Source: Pseudomonadota bacterium (GTDB taxonomy: Bacteria > Myxococcota_A > UBA796 > GCA-2862545). From it: a stretch of 48,364 bases of DNA. Location of the stretch: positions 1-48,364 of the forward strand of contig SYKL01000097.1 of assembly GCA_005797785.1 (NCBI GenBank), read 5' to 3'. The notes under the pieces were generated by a model. The model did not search any database. It was not told the origin of the DNA and worked only from the letters and a program-made list of their open reading frames with translations. Position numbers and translations under genes: made by a program. Of this stretch, positions 8,501 through 16,903 are shown piece after piece (within the stretch, counting starts at the first letter, position 1; each line of letters begins with the position of its first letter).

Positions 8501-11500
8501 TCGGCGCGCCGGCCGGCTCGACCGGCCCGCTGCCAGTAGTTGGAGGGAGCAGGCGGTACATTCGTCATCAGAACGAATGTGAGGCCACCCAAATCGACGC
8601 CCATTTCCATGGTTGTGGAGGAGGATATGAGATTGCGTTTGCCGTTGCGAAAGGCGTTTTCGTCCTGTTCTAAGGCGTCGACATCGATCTGAGCCGTATG
8701 TTCCACGGACCAGAGGCCAAGCGGTTCGTCGTCCGTGACCCGGCGTACGGCATGCCTCTTTCGCCAGTACTCGACCTCGGAGGTGGTGAGCGGCCTCAAC
8801 GGGGATTCATCGGTGAATTCGGTGGGGATGTTGCGCAGAGAGCGGGAGGCCAGGGCCCTGCTATCGGGGGAGATGAACGCCGGTGTTGCTGGCGCGGTAA
8901 ACTGTAGCGCCCAAGGGTACACTTGAATTCCGCCCTGCCCGCCGCGAACGCACTTTCTGTCGGGCAACCCAGGCCCATTTGCAACTTGGAGGAGGGCCCC
9001 CCAAACGGCCCTGAGCAGCGCAATGGCGTCCCCGTCGTGCATGTCTCCGACCCCGATGACCCGGCGTGCGAAGTTGACCACGGGGTTGCGTTCTAGGTTT
9101 GTGGGGACCAATGAGGGTTCTCCCCGCAGTTCGGGAGCGTCGCCTGGAGAGAAAATGAGTCTCTTCCCGTAGTAGTTGTGGCGTAGCAGCCCCTGCAACT
9201 CCTGGGCATTGATGGTTAGGCTTTGAACGGCCCCCTGGCGGCGCGCGTGGTCGAGAGTCGTGGCGAGTAGACAGTGCCATTCATCGCTGCTGAGGATCCC
9301 CTCGTATGCCGGCGGAACCGAAGGTAGGTTGGGGTAGACTACCTGGACAAGGCCCAGCGTTTCAAGCGTGATATTGCTTGGCGAGGGGAGCCGAGCGAAC
9401 TCCCGAAAAACCGAAACCCTGGCCAGTTCGACTCGTGTATTTTCGTCTGGCGCATTCGCAAAATCCGCTCTTTCTCGGAATTTGGGGTGGCTGTACATCT
9501 GCGCGACAAGGTCCTCGCCGCTAATCCCTGGGTTATCACGAATGATCTGCCACAGGAGCTGTCGATTCAGGCCGACGTCGTGGGTGTACTCGACCTCCGC
9601 CGCCAGGGATGCGGTTCCATGTCGGCTGTCCGAGAACGTAAGCACCCGGCGCCCATCTCCTGGCAATGGCTGTTGGGCAGCCGCGGGGTGAGCGCCGAGG
9701 AAGGGGTAGATCGCATCGATGACGGGTCCGACCACCGCATTGGGCCGAATGGTGAGCGGCTTTAGGTCCGCAGACTCCTCGCCGCAGTGCGTACACCGCG
9801 AAATGGAGTTTGGCTTATTTCCTCCACCGACGGGGATGACTTGCACGTGTCGGGCACCCCAACGCTCCGGCAACTGGGCTTGCCATTCCTGCTCAGCATG
9901 AGGCGCGGTGAGGGGGACCCACTTTTGGCGATACCCTGGAGCCTCGGTGTTCCGAAAGAGGGTACTCTCTCCGAACTCGCCGTCTGTCTTGGTCCAGCAA
10001 CGAAGGTATCCTTCGCCGCATTCGGAACAGGTCAATACTTCGAGGAGGTCTTCGTCGTCTTCCGCGGGAAGACGCGAACTGACCCTTCCCCAGGGCCACG
10101 CCTCGGTGCTTTCGCCGTTCGGGCGAGCGTCCACCCACATTCCCGCTGGAGTGCGCAGAATTGCGTGCATTCGCATGGCGAGAAAGGGGTGCTCCGACGC
10201 ATCCATGCGTGCCAAGCTGCAGAGCCGAAGAATCCGATCGGCGCAGATGCGTTCCTCTTCGCCGATTGATTGGGTGCCGAACAGCCATGCTGCAATTTCA
10301 TCCAAGGATTTGAGCCGGCCTTGGCGCTCCTCGTCGAACAACCAGCGGCGGAAATGCACCAATCGAGGGGTCGAACGGACAGCGTGAGCCAGTATCTTGG
10401 CGGGTTGACCTTCACTGGCCAACTGGACGCACTGTTCTGGCGAGAGGAGGCCGCACGCCTGGAGGATCGTCCGGAGTTCATCCGCCATCGGAGGGTCGAC
10501 CACCAAGCCTTGAGGCTCGCCGTCCGGCCCGAGATCCAGCGTTCGCAACGCTGCCGGAATCTCAAAGGCGGTGGGGTCCAGTGGGGGATTCGTTGCAGGG
10601 AGGGGCAGTTCGGGCAGGTAGGGCGTGCCGACGATCGCCGTGACCTGGTCGTCCGACTTGGCGAACATCGATCTGGCAAGCGTCTTTAGAGCGGGTCCAT
10701 TTTCGGCGCCTAAGGTAGCGGACGTCGCAAACCCTTGAACTCTTGACAGCGAAGTCTTGAAACGATCGGCGGTCCGGCGCAACAACATGTGAATTTCCGC
10801 TGCCTGAGAGCCCGCATACACATGCGCTTCGTCCAGGACCATCACCTTGAGGCGTGGAGTGTTTTTAAAGAAGAGATACTCGTCATTGAAAATGGTCCGA
10901 TCGATCGGACGGATCAGCATGTACTCCAACATGGAGAAGTTGGTGATCAGAATGTGCGGCGGTCCATTGGGGCGCCCCGCATCTTGACTGAGGCCACGCA
11001 GTGTCACTCGATCGATGATTTGGCTAGGTTCAGGCTGCCGGCCTTGTGCAATCAATGCACTTCTTGCGGCGGTGTAGTTTTCTTTTAATCGGCCGGTGTA
11101 GTAGGCGAAAGTGAGCCGCTGTTGCCCGCGGAGCAAACGAATGACGCGATCGACCTGGTTGTTTACCAGGGCGTTCAGGGGGTAGATGATGATGGCGCGG
11201 ATGCCAGGTTCGGCCAAATTGTCCAGACCGTTTTCTTCGTCCCAGAACAACCGGTCCAGAAGCGGAATGAGAAATGCCTCTGTTTTCCCAGAGCCGGTGC
11301 CGGCGGACAGGATCACGGTATTTCCAGTGGCAGCAGCGCTGACGGCGGCCACCTGGTGTTCGTACAGAGCGCGAGTGAACCCCGCTGCTTGCATCAGTGC
11401 CACCGTTTTGGGGTGCAACGGCCTGCTCTCGGACGAACGTAGTGGCTCTCCCACTGCCTCCAGGTTGGCCGCATCGCGAGCGGGTTTGTAGGGCCAAGCG

Positions 11501-11676
11501 CCTTGGACGATCGGTGGCGCAAACAGTCGTTCGGGGTCGTCGCCGCTGCTGGTCCAGTTTTGCAACAAACGGTCCGCCAGCAGTCCCGGCGGAATACGGA
11601 AGGCGTCGAGCAAATAAGACGCGTGTTTTTTGCGAAGTTCGGTGCATGCCGCTAAGGCGTCGAATTGGTAGTTCAT
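5593..11676 (-). CDS. very large DEAD/DEAH-box helicase with C-terminal DUF1998/MrfA-type Zn-binding domain (DruE-like, Druantia-type)
   Basis: Motif I AGTGSGKTEAF (11281-11310). Motif II DEAH (10822-10833). Motif III TSAT. Motif IV-like LTFSDSRHG. Motif V STTMEMGVDLG. Motif VI YWQRAGRAGRR. Zn motif CRRCGN..CSVCHH at about 7620-7690, then CQVCGF. Start placed at ATG 11676, which overlaps the upstream stop (ATGA). The 103-codon extension in the ORF track overlaps the upstream gene. Confidence 0.88.
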   Translation of the reverse strand: MNYQFDALAACTELRKKHASYLLDAFRIPPGLLADRLLQNWTSSGDDPERLFAPPIVQGAWPYKPARDAANLEAVGEPLRSSESRPLHPKTVALMQAAGFTRALYEHQVAAVSAAATGNTVILSAGTGSGKTEAFLIPLLDRLFWDEENGLDNLAEPGIRAIIIYPLNALVNNQVDRVIRLLRGQQRLTFAYYTGRLKENYTAARSALIAQGRQPEPSQIIDRVTLRGLSQDAGRPNGPPHILITNFSMLEYMLIRPIDRTIFNDEYLFFKNTPRLKVMVLDEAHVYAGSQAAEIHMLLRRTADRFKTSLSRVQGFATSATLGAENGPALKTLARSMFAKSDDQVTAIVGTPYLPELPLPATNPPLDPTAFEIPAALRTLDLGPDGEPQGLVVDPPMADELRTILQACGLLSPEQCVQLASEGQPAKILAHAVRSTPRLVHFRRWLFDEERQGRLKSLDEIAAWLFGTQSIGEEERICADRILRLCSLARMDASEHPFLAMRMHAILRTPAGMWVDARPNGESTEAWPWGRVSSRLPAEDDEDLLEVLTCSECGEGYLRCWTKTDGEFGESTLFRNTEAPGYRQKWVPLTAPHAEQEWQAQLPERWGARHVQVIPVGGGNKPNSISRCTHCGEESADLKPLTIRPNAVVGPVIDAIYPFLGAHPAAAQQPLPGDGRRVLTFSDSRHGTASLAAEVEYTHDVGLNRQLLWQIIRDNPGISGEDLVAQMYSHPKFRERADFANAPDENTRVELARVSVFREFARLPSPSNITLETLGLVQVVYPNLPSVPPAYEGILSSDEWHCLLATTLDHARRQGAVQSLTINAQELQGLLRHNYYGKRLIFSPGDAPELRGEPSLVPTNLERNPVVNFARRVIGVGDMHDGDAIALLRAVWGALLQVANGPGLPDRKCVRGGQGGIQVYPWALQFTAPATPAFISPDSRALASRSLRNIPTEFTDESPLRPLTTSEVEYWRKRHAVRRVTDDEPLGLWSVEHTAQIDVDALEQDENAFRNGKRNLISSSTTMEMGVDLGGLTFVLMTNVPPAPSNYWQRAGRAGRRADGSSLVLTLAPAKPHDQRVFSDLRAFLRRPIRPPEVRLDAAPLVRRHVHAWLLSCFFEQVVTRAPRGNPMYAFGDITSLLTPVVAGQLQQGAPVDPGESLLEVFEKWCDTPSPDLLAALRKLVDGTVLASHPGDAVLRGAAVSLRESVHTARIDLDCLAGQIANEQALGQGGQRTAYLNALQLQQDRIMREALIRYLARTGFLPRFGFPVDIIRLDTGDEELRMERPLDAALSEYTPGAEVVAKKRIHRIGGLIRNWLANDPGLATRKTYLHCRRCGNIDVSDADRDQCSVCHHPAENAQAFYVRARATAQQLQRDGGEIDLADQPTPLRHFLQPTGFRVVSGESPRRVREKADAARMPPARMTLSGAAFDDLDEVSPDLTVGVSQEATLLIRSEGLVDKNQRAGYGFAICQVCGFSVAEPNWGDEVPPTFQNHRHLIRGTPCQMGARFWRHMTLGTSVLTDAFRLSLTQDSAFPADSAEDLALTFAVVLQQAAAEILQVDSRTLQPLVSTLNTENGTTKECVILDRTCSGVLLGLRNEWRPLLQRAIEYLQSPNHGSLILFETQQIHQRLRPKALLQHLREKNLHAFIAGAPNLGILNDGRLELRNPRPIVLDWLSAPGDIVLLGSCVAEDGFEPQGILRALHSRALLQRGESRLLLGRLPNTDTDEALLLSKLATLARDGVKIRIGQLPSYPWGVVRRAVDGYTALGSVNTENQPWTEPAFGSGWQRSGAFSTIRTDGVNAELMWEAYDNSWSQAAEVAQEVWAPPPTETTKWISVPQGKTTPEHIRLSKVLERHLGPLHALGTVTRLSYRDRFFATNIVSFLRLAEVLKQFRPAPGAAVDINSHLPRAEHYSQADAQQLLNDRTPPSDLSKKEAEALLSWTKQQAGASWDIKMTMLDTSKKQNGKWAQLPHARRLDITFATGGTYASMHLLFDHGLQGVRRTHGTTWMDWSFVTEEEHITLRLVRR

Positions 11677-14600
11677 GCGCGATCCTGTACGGCGTGGCGG
11701 TTGATCCAAAAGGCGGAAAGTGTAGGAAATCGTTTCATCAGGTGGTTGATCTGTCGGTACTGTTGGGGAAGGAGCGTGAGAGCCCCTTTGCGCCAGTAGT
11801 GGAGCGTCTTCATGGCGCCTGCAACCTCCACCTCGATCCGAAACAGGTGTTGAGGTATGGGGGGGTCGTGACGCAAACCCAGCTCCTGGAAGGCAGCCTG
11901 TTGGTCCGCTTGGGTCGGCTGAACCGATCGCGGAGGGCCGGATTGCCATTCTGTGGTTTCCACCTCGGTCAATGCGCGGTACCATAGGCTTCGTCTGTTG
12001 CCTTGAAGTCCTACGACGTACAAAGCATCGATTTCAGTGCGGGGCAAATCAACCACGTGGTACTCAGGTGGCGGTTGTTCGTTGCGCATCTGCGCCATCA
12101 TGGATTGGAATCCACCCTTCTGGCGGATGAACAAGATCCGACTTCGCTGCTCGGCGGTTGCGATTTGCTCTAGTTCCCGGTACCTCAACCACCACCACCG
12201 AGGACCGTTTTTGTCTCGGTTCAGCCAGGCTAGGCGTTGCTCGTCTTCAACTGCGCCTTCCAAATGCAGACGAAATCTGAGCGCGTTCAGTGCGCCTGCG
12301 GTTTCGGCGCTGTCACGCATTCGCCGAAAGGGGTTTGCGTCTTTTGGCCAGACGTCGCCATCTTCCACCATCCGGTCGAGGAGTCCGCGGAACAAGTCGA
12401 TATCGTCCAAGATGTCGTCATGGGGTATTGGTGCATCACGGAGGGTGGGAACGGGTGTCAAACCCGTGAGCGGAACGTTCGGTCGCCGATTTTCGACAAG
12501 GCGCGCATAGTATGGCCCATTTTGAGGCAACCTGGCCTCGAACCACGCGTCGGCCAAGGGGCGGACATCGAGAAGTTGGGCGACCTCCCAAGGGCGCGAC
12601 ATGGAGATGACCTTCATTTGCACGATCCCGGGGGCGCCTCGTCGTCGAATTCGCAGTATGTCTCCGTCGAGCTCGTATTCTGGAGGAGTCCGTGTTTCAT
12701 CGATGAACGGACCCAGCGTCTGCGACGCGTTGGGCCATGAGATCTCGATGGACAATTCCAGTTCCCGCGAATTCGTCGCAAAGAGGTTTGAAAAGGGTAC
12801 AAAGATAGACCCGTTTCTTCGGATGGCGGCGCGGATCTCCCGTTCTCCACACTTTGCGCTGATCGCACTCGACGGCGGCCCGTACACGCGGATCCCGCCC
12901 GCGCCGCGTAGGAGTTTCATGTCCATTGGTGAGTCAGGGGTTGGGCCGGCCAGTTCGACTTCGTCTGAGTTGGTCTGAAGTCTTGCAATGGATGGACATG
13001 CAAACAAGCGCCATGTGCCAACTAAGTTTGGGTGGTGCTCGATCTCGACATCCACGGTTTGAAACCCAACCACATCGGTCGGCAGTTGGATTTCGTTATG
13101 TGCGGTCCTGTGCTCGTGGCGAAAGCGTACAGATCCTTGGCCGCTCGCCGTCAATGTGGTTCCACCGGCATGGGAGCGGTGCGAGAGAGCGACGAACTGC
13201 GGTGGCAATAGAACAAACCGCGCCGATCCGCGCTTTTGATCGCTCGTCAAGTCGATTCGGTATATCCCGGGGATAGAAGGTGGTTCGAGCACCAACCGAC
13301 CGCCTCGCAGGTGGGTCTGGGGGATGTCGATTTTGAAATCGCCGGGACACACGAGAGTGCCCCAGACCTGGTCTGCTCCGAAGACCGATATGAAGGGTAA
13401 CCGGTGGTAAACACGACAGCCTCCCAACGAGAGGCCTTGTATTCGATGAATGTGCTCATCCAACGCGATTCGGAGCTTCTGCTCTGGTGGGGCTAGGCAA
13501 AGACCGTCACCAATCTCCACCGACGCGCCCGGCATCGGCCCCATCCAAGCACCGAGCTTCCCCTGAAGGCGGGAAAAACCGGTGGGAGGTGCGATCTCAA
13601 CCCCCGGTTCGGCGACGAGAACGACGGTCCGATGGGGGGCAGGTGCCTTCACCACGGTGAGTGTTGTTGCGTCAAAGAGCGCAAACCCCGTTCCTGGGAA
13701 GGGGTGTTCGGTATCGATTTCTACCCGCTCCACGCCCGCTCGAGCGATCGCCACGAGCGTCGCTGGAGTTCGATCCACCGGTAGCAAGGCGGCCGAGTCC
13801 AGATCGCGCACCAAAACGTCATCCTTCAGGACGTAGATGGCGTGGTGGGTTCCGCCGTGTACCCCCACCTTCACCCGATCTGCGCCGGGTGGGAATAAGG
13901 AAGCGGGAAGTTGTTCTGGGGCGCGGAGGGCGAGGCACATTCTTGCGAAGTCCCAGCACCAAGGAAGGTCGAACCCAGTGGGTTCGCCGCTCACCTCGCG
14001 GCCCGGACGGCAAAGGATGGCGTCGATCAGCTTCCGTTGGAGTTCGGTATTTTCAATGTCGAACGCGTCGTGAAGACCACGCCTCCTGATTTCGTGCAGC
14101 GTCTCCTCAGCTGTCGCGCGCGCCGCGCCTTCTTGAAGAGCCCACCGGCGCGTCAATGCGATGTGCTGCAGGTGTTTCGCCACGGCTTGTCGAGTCTCGG
14201 CTTCGGACAGCGAGCGATAACGTCCCTCGGTTGGTAAGAGGTCGGCGATGTCGCGATATTCTGACCGCTCCAGGAACGACCAGCCTCCTAATTCTGTGGC
14301 CTTTTCAGCGAGTTCGACGACCAGTGAGTCCGTCGCCCCCGAGTGCAGAAACATGGTTTCCTGAAATAGCCGGCCCTGGCCACCTTGAAGTAACGAGATG
14401 TTCCACCACCATTTGATGTTTCGGTCGATGGCGTCGCGGACAGTGGTTTGTGCAAGGCTGGTACGGATATCAAAGCTTCCCGGCAAGCCGCAGTCTCGAC
14501 CGAGCCATCGGTGGATCTCGTCGTAGGTCCATGTTGAGTCGGCGCCGACCTCTTTGAAGGCGAGCACTCCGGCAAGGAAAAAGGCTGCCCCCCACGCGCC

Positions 14601-15002
14601 CTTGTCCTCGGTTCCGTTTGAAACTCCCCGTAGCACTTCGTGGCGAAGCAGGTTCTTCTGTTCCTCGTTGAGCGCTACACGGCCGAGCAGGTGGCCGCGC
14701 AAACACTGAGTGCGGACGTGCTGCAAGAGATCGAGGACGGAGTTTCCTGCAGGCGGGCTTTCGCTGGGGGTGGACGTTGCGACGCTGGAGCCCTCGTGAA
14801 GACTGAGCGTTGCGGCGCTCGAACTCGCACCGGACTCGTAGGGAGCGTGGTCAGGTTCAGGGGCGTTTTGGATGAGGTCGATGATGGCCTGCTCAAGGGT
14901 TCGCCGTCCGCGAATCTGATGGAGTTTTTCCAGGGTTGTTGCTGAAAGGAGCAAACTCAAAGGCGCTGATTCGCCTGCCAGCTTATGCCCGGGTTGTGTC
15001 AT
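11673..15002 (-). CDS. large protein of unknown function (1109 aa), in the DruH-like position upstream of the DruE-like helicase; possible N-terminal ribbon-helix-helix
   Basis: ATG 15002 with AGGAAC upstream. Long uninterrupted ORF with normal composition and no motif I recognise. The N-terminus LSLLLSATTLEKLHQIRGRRTLEQAIIDLIQ has an RHH-like pattern. Its stop overlaps the helicase start. Confidence 0.7.
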   Translation of the reverse strand: MTQPGHKLAGESAPLSLLLSATTLEKLHQIRGRRTLEQAIIDLIQNAPEPDHAPYESGASSSAATLSLHEGSSVATSTPSESPPAGNSVLDLLQHVRTQCLRGHLLGRVALNEEQKNLLRHEVLRGVSNGTEDKGAWGAAFFLAGVLAFKEVGADSTWTYDEIHRWLGRDCGLPGSFDIRTSLAQTTVRDAIDRNIKWWWNISLLQGGQGRLFQETMFLHSGATDSLVVELAEKATELGGWSFLERSEYRDIADLLPTEGRYRSLSEAETRQAVAKHLQHIALTRRWALQEGAARATAEETLHEIRRRGLHDAFDIENTELQRKLIDAILCRPGREVSGEPTGFDLPWCWDFARMCLALRAPEQLPASLFPPGADRVKVGVHGGTHHAIYVLKDDVLVRDLDSAALLPVDRTPATLVAIARAGVERVEIDTEHPFPGTGFALFDATTLTVVKAPAPHRTVVLVAEPGVEIAPPTGFSRLQGKLGAWMGPMPGASVEIGDGLCLAPPEQKLRIALDEHIHRIQGLSLGGCRVYHRLPFISVFGADQVWGTLVCPGDFKIDIPQTHLRGGRLVLEPPSIPGIYRIDLTSDQKRGSARFVLLPPQFVALSHRSHAGGTTLTASGQGSVRFRHEHRTAHNEIQLPTDVVGFQTVDVEIEHHPNLVGTWRLFACPSIARLQTNSDEVELAGPTPDSPMDMKLLRGAGGIRVYGPPSSAISAKCGEREIRAAIRRNGSIFVPFSNLFATNSRELELSIEISWPNASQTLGPFIDETRTPPEYELDGDILRIRRRGAPGIVQMKVISMSRPWEVAQLLDVRPLADAWFEARLPQNGPYYARLVENRRPNVPLTGLTPVPTLRDAPIPHDDILDDIDLFRGLLDRMVEDGDVWPKDANPFRRMRDSAETAGALNALRFRLHLEGAVEDEQRLAWLNRDKNGPRWWWLRYRELEQIATAEQRSRILFIRQKGGFQSMMAQMRNEQPPPEYHVVDLPRTEIDALYVVGLQGNRRSLWYRALTEVETTEWQSGPPRSVQPTQADQQAAFQELGLRHDPPIPQHLFRIEVEVAGAMKTLHYWRKGALTLLPQQYRQINHLMKRFPTLSAFWINRHAVQDRA

Positions 15003-15245
15003 GGCTGAGTTCCTAAACTATGCGGTTAGTACGGCGTTTAAGCTGGTTCGGCCGGGCAGGGCGATTCGTTGACACGATCCCATACCCAAACGGTGCGGCA
15101 CTCCCATCGATACGCCCAAGCGCCCCCGCCCCGGACAGTCCGGCTACATTTTCTTCGTCGGTGGGGCGCCGTTCACGAACACTGCCGCCGGGTGCCGAAG
15201 GCCTTGGGGCAACTGTCGGCCGCCTGAGGGTCAACGCTGTTACCA

Positions 15246-16019
15246 TCAGCACCCCAACCACACCCTCCAAAACTCCCCTCCATCCCTCCACCTTCGCATA
15301 GGGTCCACCTGCAGCGCCCCCACCATCGCCCGCTGCCAGGCGATCCGAAGGTCCGACACCCAATGTCTCGGATCGGTGAGTTCCCCCGCTTGCTTCCTCC
15401 GTACTTGGACAGGATCCTTCCCGTCGAACGGGCGCCTTCCGCACACCAGCTCGTACAGGAGAACTCCCACCGAAAACACATCCTCCCGCGGATCCACCGC
15501 TTCAAATGCCAACCGTTCGGGCGCTAAGTATCCCGGAGTGCCGCGGGTCAGCCGCGCCCGCCCGTCGGCTCCGATCGGCTTGGCCGAACTGAAATTCGCG
15601 AGCTTGGCGACCGTGCCTTGGAACACCAGCAGGCTCTGCGGGCGCAGGTTTCGGTGCACCCAACCCTGCTCGTGCAAGTACGCCACGCCCGCCAACAGGC
15701 CACCGGCAAGCGCTGCAATGTCGCGGCTGGGATCTCCCAGAACGTCCGCGAGACTACACATTTCTCCACCCTCCAGGATGAGCCCGCTGCGCCCTTCGAC
15801 ATCCACAACATCCGTCACCGCCTCGATGTGGGGATGGCGAAATTGCGCTTGAACTTTCCCTTCTTGAACGAGCGCGGCCCGAGCGGCTTTGGACGCCGAT
15901 GCGGCCAGTTTGAGTCGGTGCGCCGTACCCAACTGCACGTGGCGGCAAGGGACAACTGCCGCGTCCAAGTCACCCTCAACCGCATACCGATGATCATCGG
16001 TGTAGCAGTAAATTGGCAT
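15246..16019 (-). CDS. Hanks-type Ser/Thr protein kinase-like protein, predicted pseudokinase
   Basis: HRNLRPQSLL stands in for HRDLKPxN (Asn codon at 15648-15650). ANFSS stands in for DFG (15594-15596). GTPGYLAPE and DVFSVGVLLYELVCGRRPF are conserved. No Gly-rich loop. Start chosen at ATG 16019, because the longer ORF to 16166 would cover the divergent promoter. Confidence 0.7.
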   Translation of the reverse strand: MPIYCYTDDHRYAVEGDLDAAVVPCRHVQLGTAHRLKLAASASKAARAALVQEGKVQAQFRHPHIEAVTDVVDVEGRSGLILEGGEMCSLADVLGDPSRDIAALAGGLLAGVAYLHEQGWVHRNLRPQSLLVFQGTVAKLANFSSAKPIGADGRARLTRGTPGYLAPERLAFEAVDPREDVFSVGVLLYELVCGRRPFDGKDPVQVRRKQAGELTDPRHWVSDLRIAWQRAMVGALQVDPMRRWRDGGEFWRVWLGC

Positions 16020-16063
16020 GGCACCCCCTGCTTCCCTTGTGAGACGCGCGCTTCTCAGCCCGC

Positions 16064-16099
16064 CGGACAGTCGGTGTTCATTTCCGGAAGGACTGTCCG
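16064..16099. promoter_or_regulatory. 9-bp inverted repeat CGGACAGTC-N18-GACTGTCCG in the divergent intergenic region
   Basis: Lies between the pseudokinase start (16019, minus) and the start of the secreted protein (16152, plus). The inner part contains the palindrome TTCCGGAA (16082-16089). Confidence 0.3.
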
Positions 16100-16151
16100 C
16101 CCGCAGCCCCTGCTGGCGTCTCCTTACGGTACCCTCGATCTGGGAGTGATC

Positions 16152-16871
16152 ATGCAAACCATCCATCGTGTGGGAACAGGATCGAGCTCAGTCCGACGAG
16201 CGTTCCTTGGAATTGGCCTCATCGTGGCGATGGTCGCAGCCACCTTGGACAACGCACGGGCCGAACCCGCCCCGCCCGAGTGTGCGGACTTCGCTGCGGT
16301 GGAGCGCCCCGCGATGCTCGGCAAACTGAGCGACGCCGAGGTCCAATGCTTGGAATGGAGGTACGGTCATTTTGACCTCCCCACACACCGCGACAAAGCA
16401 TCCCGAATCTTGATGGCCAACGCCTACGGCAAGGGCGACATGCCCGAGTGGAAACGCCTCACGATGCGGCATATCGACGAAGTGGACGATTCGGATCCAA
16501 ACCTAAGTTTCAAACTGGCGCAGGTGTTTGCGAGGGAGGAGGAGCATGCTCCCACCGAGGTGATTCGTTGGTCCACGCTTTCGTTGCTGCACCGCGGCGC
16601 TTGGGATCCGGACGACTACACGTCGCGCGTGCCACAATTGCATGCGATGCGGGTGAAGAGTGCAAAGCAGATTTGGGAACAAGCAACGGCGGCGCACAAG
16701 AAAACTCCCACCCCAACGACCGAAGCGGCCGAACAGAGTTCCGCCGCCAGCGTGAGGGAGTTCAGCCGTGAGTGGGTATTGCATTGCAAACGAGCCCATA
16801 GTGATGCAAAGGAACCGCTGGCGATCTGCCGTTCGGCCGGAGGAGGCGCAGATTATTGCAATGGTGTATAG
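16152..16871 (+). CDS. secreted hypothetical protein (signal peptide, helical)
   Basis: ATG 16152 is in frame with ORF 15618-16871. The N-terminus RRAFLGIGLIVAMVAATLDNARA is signal-like. The upstream part of the ORF is antisense to the kinase gene. Confidence 0.55.
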   Translation: MQTIHRVGTGSSSVRRAFLGIGLIVAMVAATLDNARAEPAPPECADFAAVERPAMLGKLSDAEVQCLEWRYGHFDLPTHRDKASRILMANAYGKGDMPEWKRLTMRHIDEVDDSDPNLSFKLAQVFAREEEHAPTEVIRWSTLSLLHRGAWDPDDYTSRVPQLHAMRVKSAKQIWEQATAAHKKTPTPTTEAAEQSSAASVREFSREWVLHCKRAHSDAKEPLAICRSAGGGADYCNGV

Positions 16872-16903
16872 GGGATCGATACCTTGTTCGTAGGGAAGCG
16901 TCG

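Noticed and set aside
11677-11985. 103-codon N-terminal extension of the helicase ORF (track start 11985)
   Set aside because: It lies entirely inside the upstream 1109-aa gene in another frame and is Pro/Arg/Gly-rich. ATG 11676 forms an ATGA overlap with the upstream stop, the usual coupling arrangement.
15069-15074. Perfect TTGACA hexamer on the plus strand upstream of the Druantia-like operon region
   Set aside because: It points away from the operon, and no -10-like hexamer follows at 16-18 nt. It is probably fortuitous.
15618-16151. Upstream 178 codons of ORF 15618-16871 (+)
   Set aside because: It is antisense to the kinase-like CDS and has off-frame-type composition. The signal-peptide-bearing ATG at 16152 is a far better start.
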